In this document: positions 41,911 through 43,078 of the stretch, in pieces
How positions within the stretch are numbered: position 1 is the first letter of the stretch
How the letters are laid out: every line of letters starts with the position of its first letter
IMG/VR virus record: IMGVR_UViG_3300045988_169798
Span: 1 to 43,078 of that record
Strand: one strand, 5' to 3'
Source: a virus
DNA length: 43,078 nucleotides
The notes under the pieces: generated by a model
Databases searched by the model: none
The model's input: the letters and a program-made list of their open reading frames with translations, nothing else
What the model was told of the DNA's origin: nothing
Position numbers and translations under genes: made by a program

Positions 41911-42482
41911 CCCGAACACCACACACAAAAGACAAGACAGGAGAAAACACGAAGAAGAGCAGGACAACGCAAGAGGGACAAAGACAATACGAAAGGGGGA
42001 GACCCAACCCAAAGACAGGGACAACACAGTACACCCCTCCCGCCATTCAACGAGACCACCATGCAAACAGAAAGGGGGACACCACACACAAGACGGGGAG
42101 TCAGTAACACTGCCACCCTTCCCCCGTCATGCCACCCCGTCTCACCATGCCACCCCACCATCCACGATGGCCCCACCCACCACCAACGTGAGGGGGGTGC
42201 AAGTGAAGGATACCCCACCACACGAACAGCACAGACAGATACATGCACCGCCACACGCCACACACCTGGCAACGAACAGTAGCATGACATGATCGCAGTA
42301 CTGATGAGTACTGCACCGGGATGGACAGGGCAAGGACTACACCACTGGACCGGGCGGACCGGTAGCAGTACACACCACCGCCATTCCACACACCACACAC
42401 AAACGAGGAGAGACGGACACCATCCACTCATCCACTCTCACACTGTTCACGTTCACACACACCAACGAACAATCACGATCAA

Positions 42483-42516
42483 CGTTGATCAATCATCGTT
42501 CAATGATTGATCAACG
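42483..42516. repeat. 14-bp perfect inverted repeat with a 6-nt spacer in the AT-rich island
   Basis: CGTTGATCAATCAT cgttca ATGATTGATCAACG. Confidence 0.9.
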
Positions 42517-42672
42517 AACAATGAATGATGAACATGATGATGATCAATGTTCATCATGATCATGAACATGATGAACATGATGATGATCATGTGATGATGA
42601 TGTGATGCATGACATGCATACCAATACCATGCACCATGCATGGTGCCAACGCATGCCACAAGGCAAGCACAA

Positions 42673-42696
42673 CGCACAAACGCACAAACGCACAAA
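42673..42696 (+). repeat. Tandem 8-mer (CGCACAAA) x3 leading into phased A-tracts
   Basis: cgcacaaacgcacaaacgcacaaa read directly from the sequence. Confidence 0.85.
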
Positions 42697-42971
42697 AATG
42701 CATAAAAACAAAAGAAATGTTACAAAAAAATGCAAAAACATTCAAAGCACGAACAAACAATGGCGTTCAAAAAAACCATGGCAACATTTCAGGGCGAACA
42801 CGAAGGGGGCCCCAACACAATAAGGGATCCCTTAAAGTAGGACCCACGTCACAAAACAAAACAGGAGACACAACAAAACGAGACGCACACCACACAATTC
42901 ATGTGACGGGGGCCCCCCCCCTCCCCCATCCGGCCACGAACACCCCGAAGGTCTGCCCATCCCTCCCTGCT

Positions 42972-42992
42972 TGTGGAAAACCCTGTGGATAA
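42972..42992 (+). promoter_or_regulatory. Two further boxes of the same iteron array
   Basis: TGTGGAAAA 42972-42980 and TGTGGATAA 42984-42992, 12 bp apart, same orientation as the boxes at 5-56. Confidence 0.6.
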
Positions 42993-43023
42993 CTCCAGTA
43001 ACCCACATCACAATGTGACCGTC

Positions 43024-43078
43024 GTCATGTGGAAAACTCCCAAACCTGTGGAAAACCCTGTGGATAACCCTGTGGAAA
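43024..43078. repeat. Terminal direct repeat copy 2, identical to 1..55
   Basis: Exact 55-nt identity with the window start. Confidence 0.95.

Noticed and set aside
42294-42313. CUGAUGAG inside gcagtactgatgagtactgc, reminiscent of a hammerhead ribozyme core
   Set aside because: It is simply the loop of an 8-bp hairpin (GCAGTACT/AGTACTGC). No downstream GAAA core element or stem II/III arrangement could be found.
41862-42992. Track ORFs in the T-depleted region (41884-42282 +, 41907-42431 -, 42289-42510 +, 42609-42992 +, and others)
   Set aside because: The translations are compositional artefacts (K/R/T/H/Q/P on the + strand, C/V/L/S/W on the - strand). There are no RBSs, and the frames overlap mutually. 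The region is treated as non-coding.
1-43078. Diversity-generating retroelement, retron, CRISPR array, integrase/attP or toxin-antitoxin pair
   Set aside because: I found no reverse-transcriptase motif (YxDD context), no repeat-spacer array, no tyrosine or serine recombinase motifs, and no recognisable TA family. Absence is judged by eye only and should be confirmed with HMM searches.

Overview
The window is a complete dsDNA tailed-phage genome of about 43.0 kb. The first 55 nt are identical to the last 55 nt, so the contig closes on itself. Gene content and signals (high GC, TANNNT -10 boxes feeding leaderless ATGs, a tape measure with an NlpC/P60 domain, no LysB) suggest a siphovirus of a high-GC Gram-positive (Actinomycetota-like) host. 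I see no integrase, repressor, DNA polymerase or tRNA.

Layout:
- + strand: terS-like ORF, terL, portal, MuF-like protein, scaffold and major capsid.
- + strand: connectors, major tail protein and G/GT chaperone with a canonical GGGAAAC -1 slip site.
- + strand: 1520-aa tape measure, Dit/Tal-like proteins, fibres and a Spherulin-4-like putative depolymerase.
- - strand: a tightly coupled 8-gene operon between the tail and lysis genes. It contains a dCTP deaminase and a DUF3310-like protein.
- + strand: the lysis cassette.
- - strand: the recombination/replication module (RuvC-like, SSB-like, Sak4-like ATPase, Cas4-like nuclease, SNF2 helicase, primase/helicase-like genes) plus about 10 early ORFs of unknown function.
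- + strand: two GC-rich ORFs, then about 2.6 kb of almost ORF-free, repeat-rich DNA whose only convincing gene is an HNH endonuclease.

Most unusual observations:
1. A patchy A+C excess that follows the physical + strand regardless of gene orientation.
2. A T-depleted, polypurine-rich non-coding region. It holds a perfect 33-bp direct repeat and a 16-bp inverted repeat around the HNH gene, and an AT-rich island dense in palindromes, GATC and CATG sites.
3. Six phased DnaA-box-like iterons just upstream of the packaging genes.
4. A family of boundary hairpins built on ATGTTTCACG/CGTGAAACAT arms.
5. GC-rich moron-like islands.

All functional calls come from motif recognition by eye. No database search was possible.
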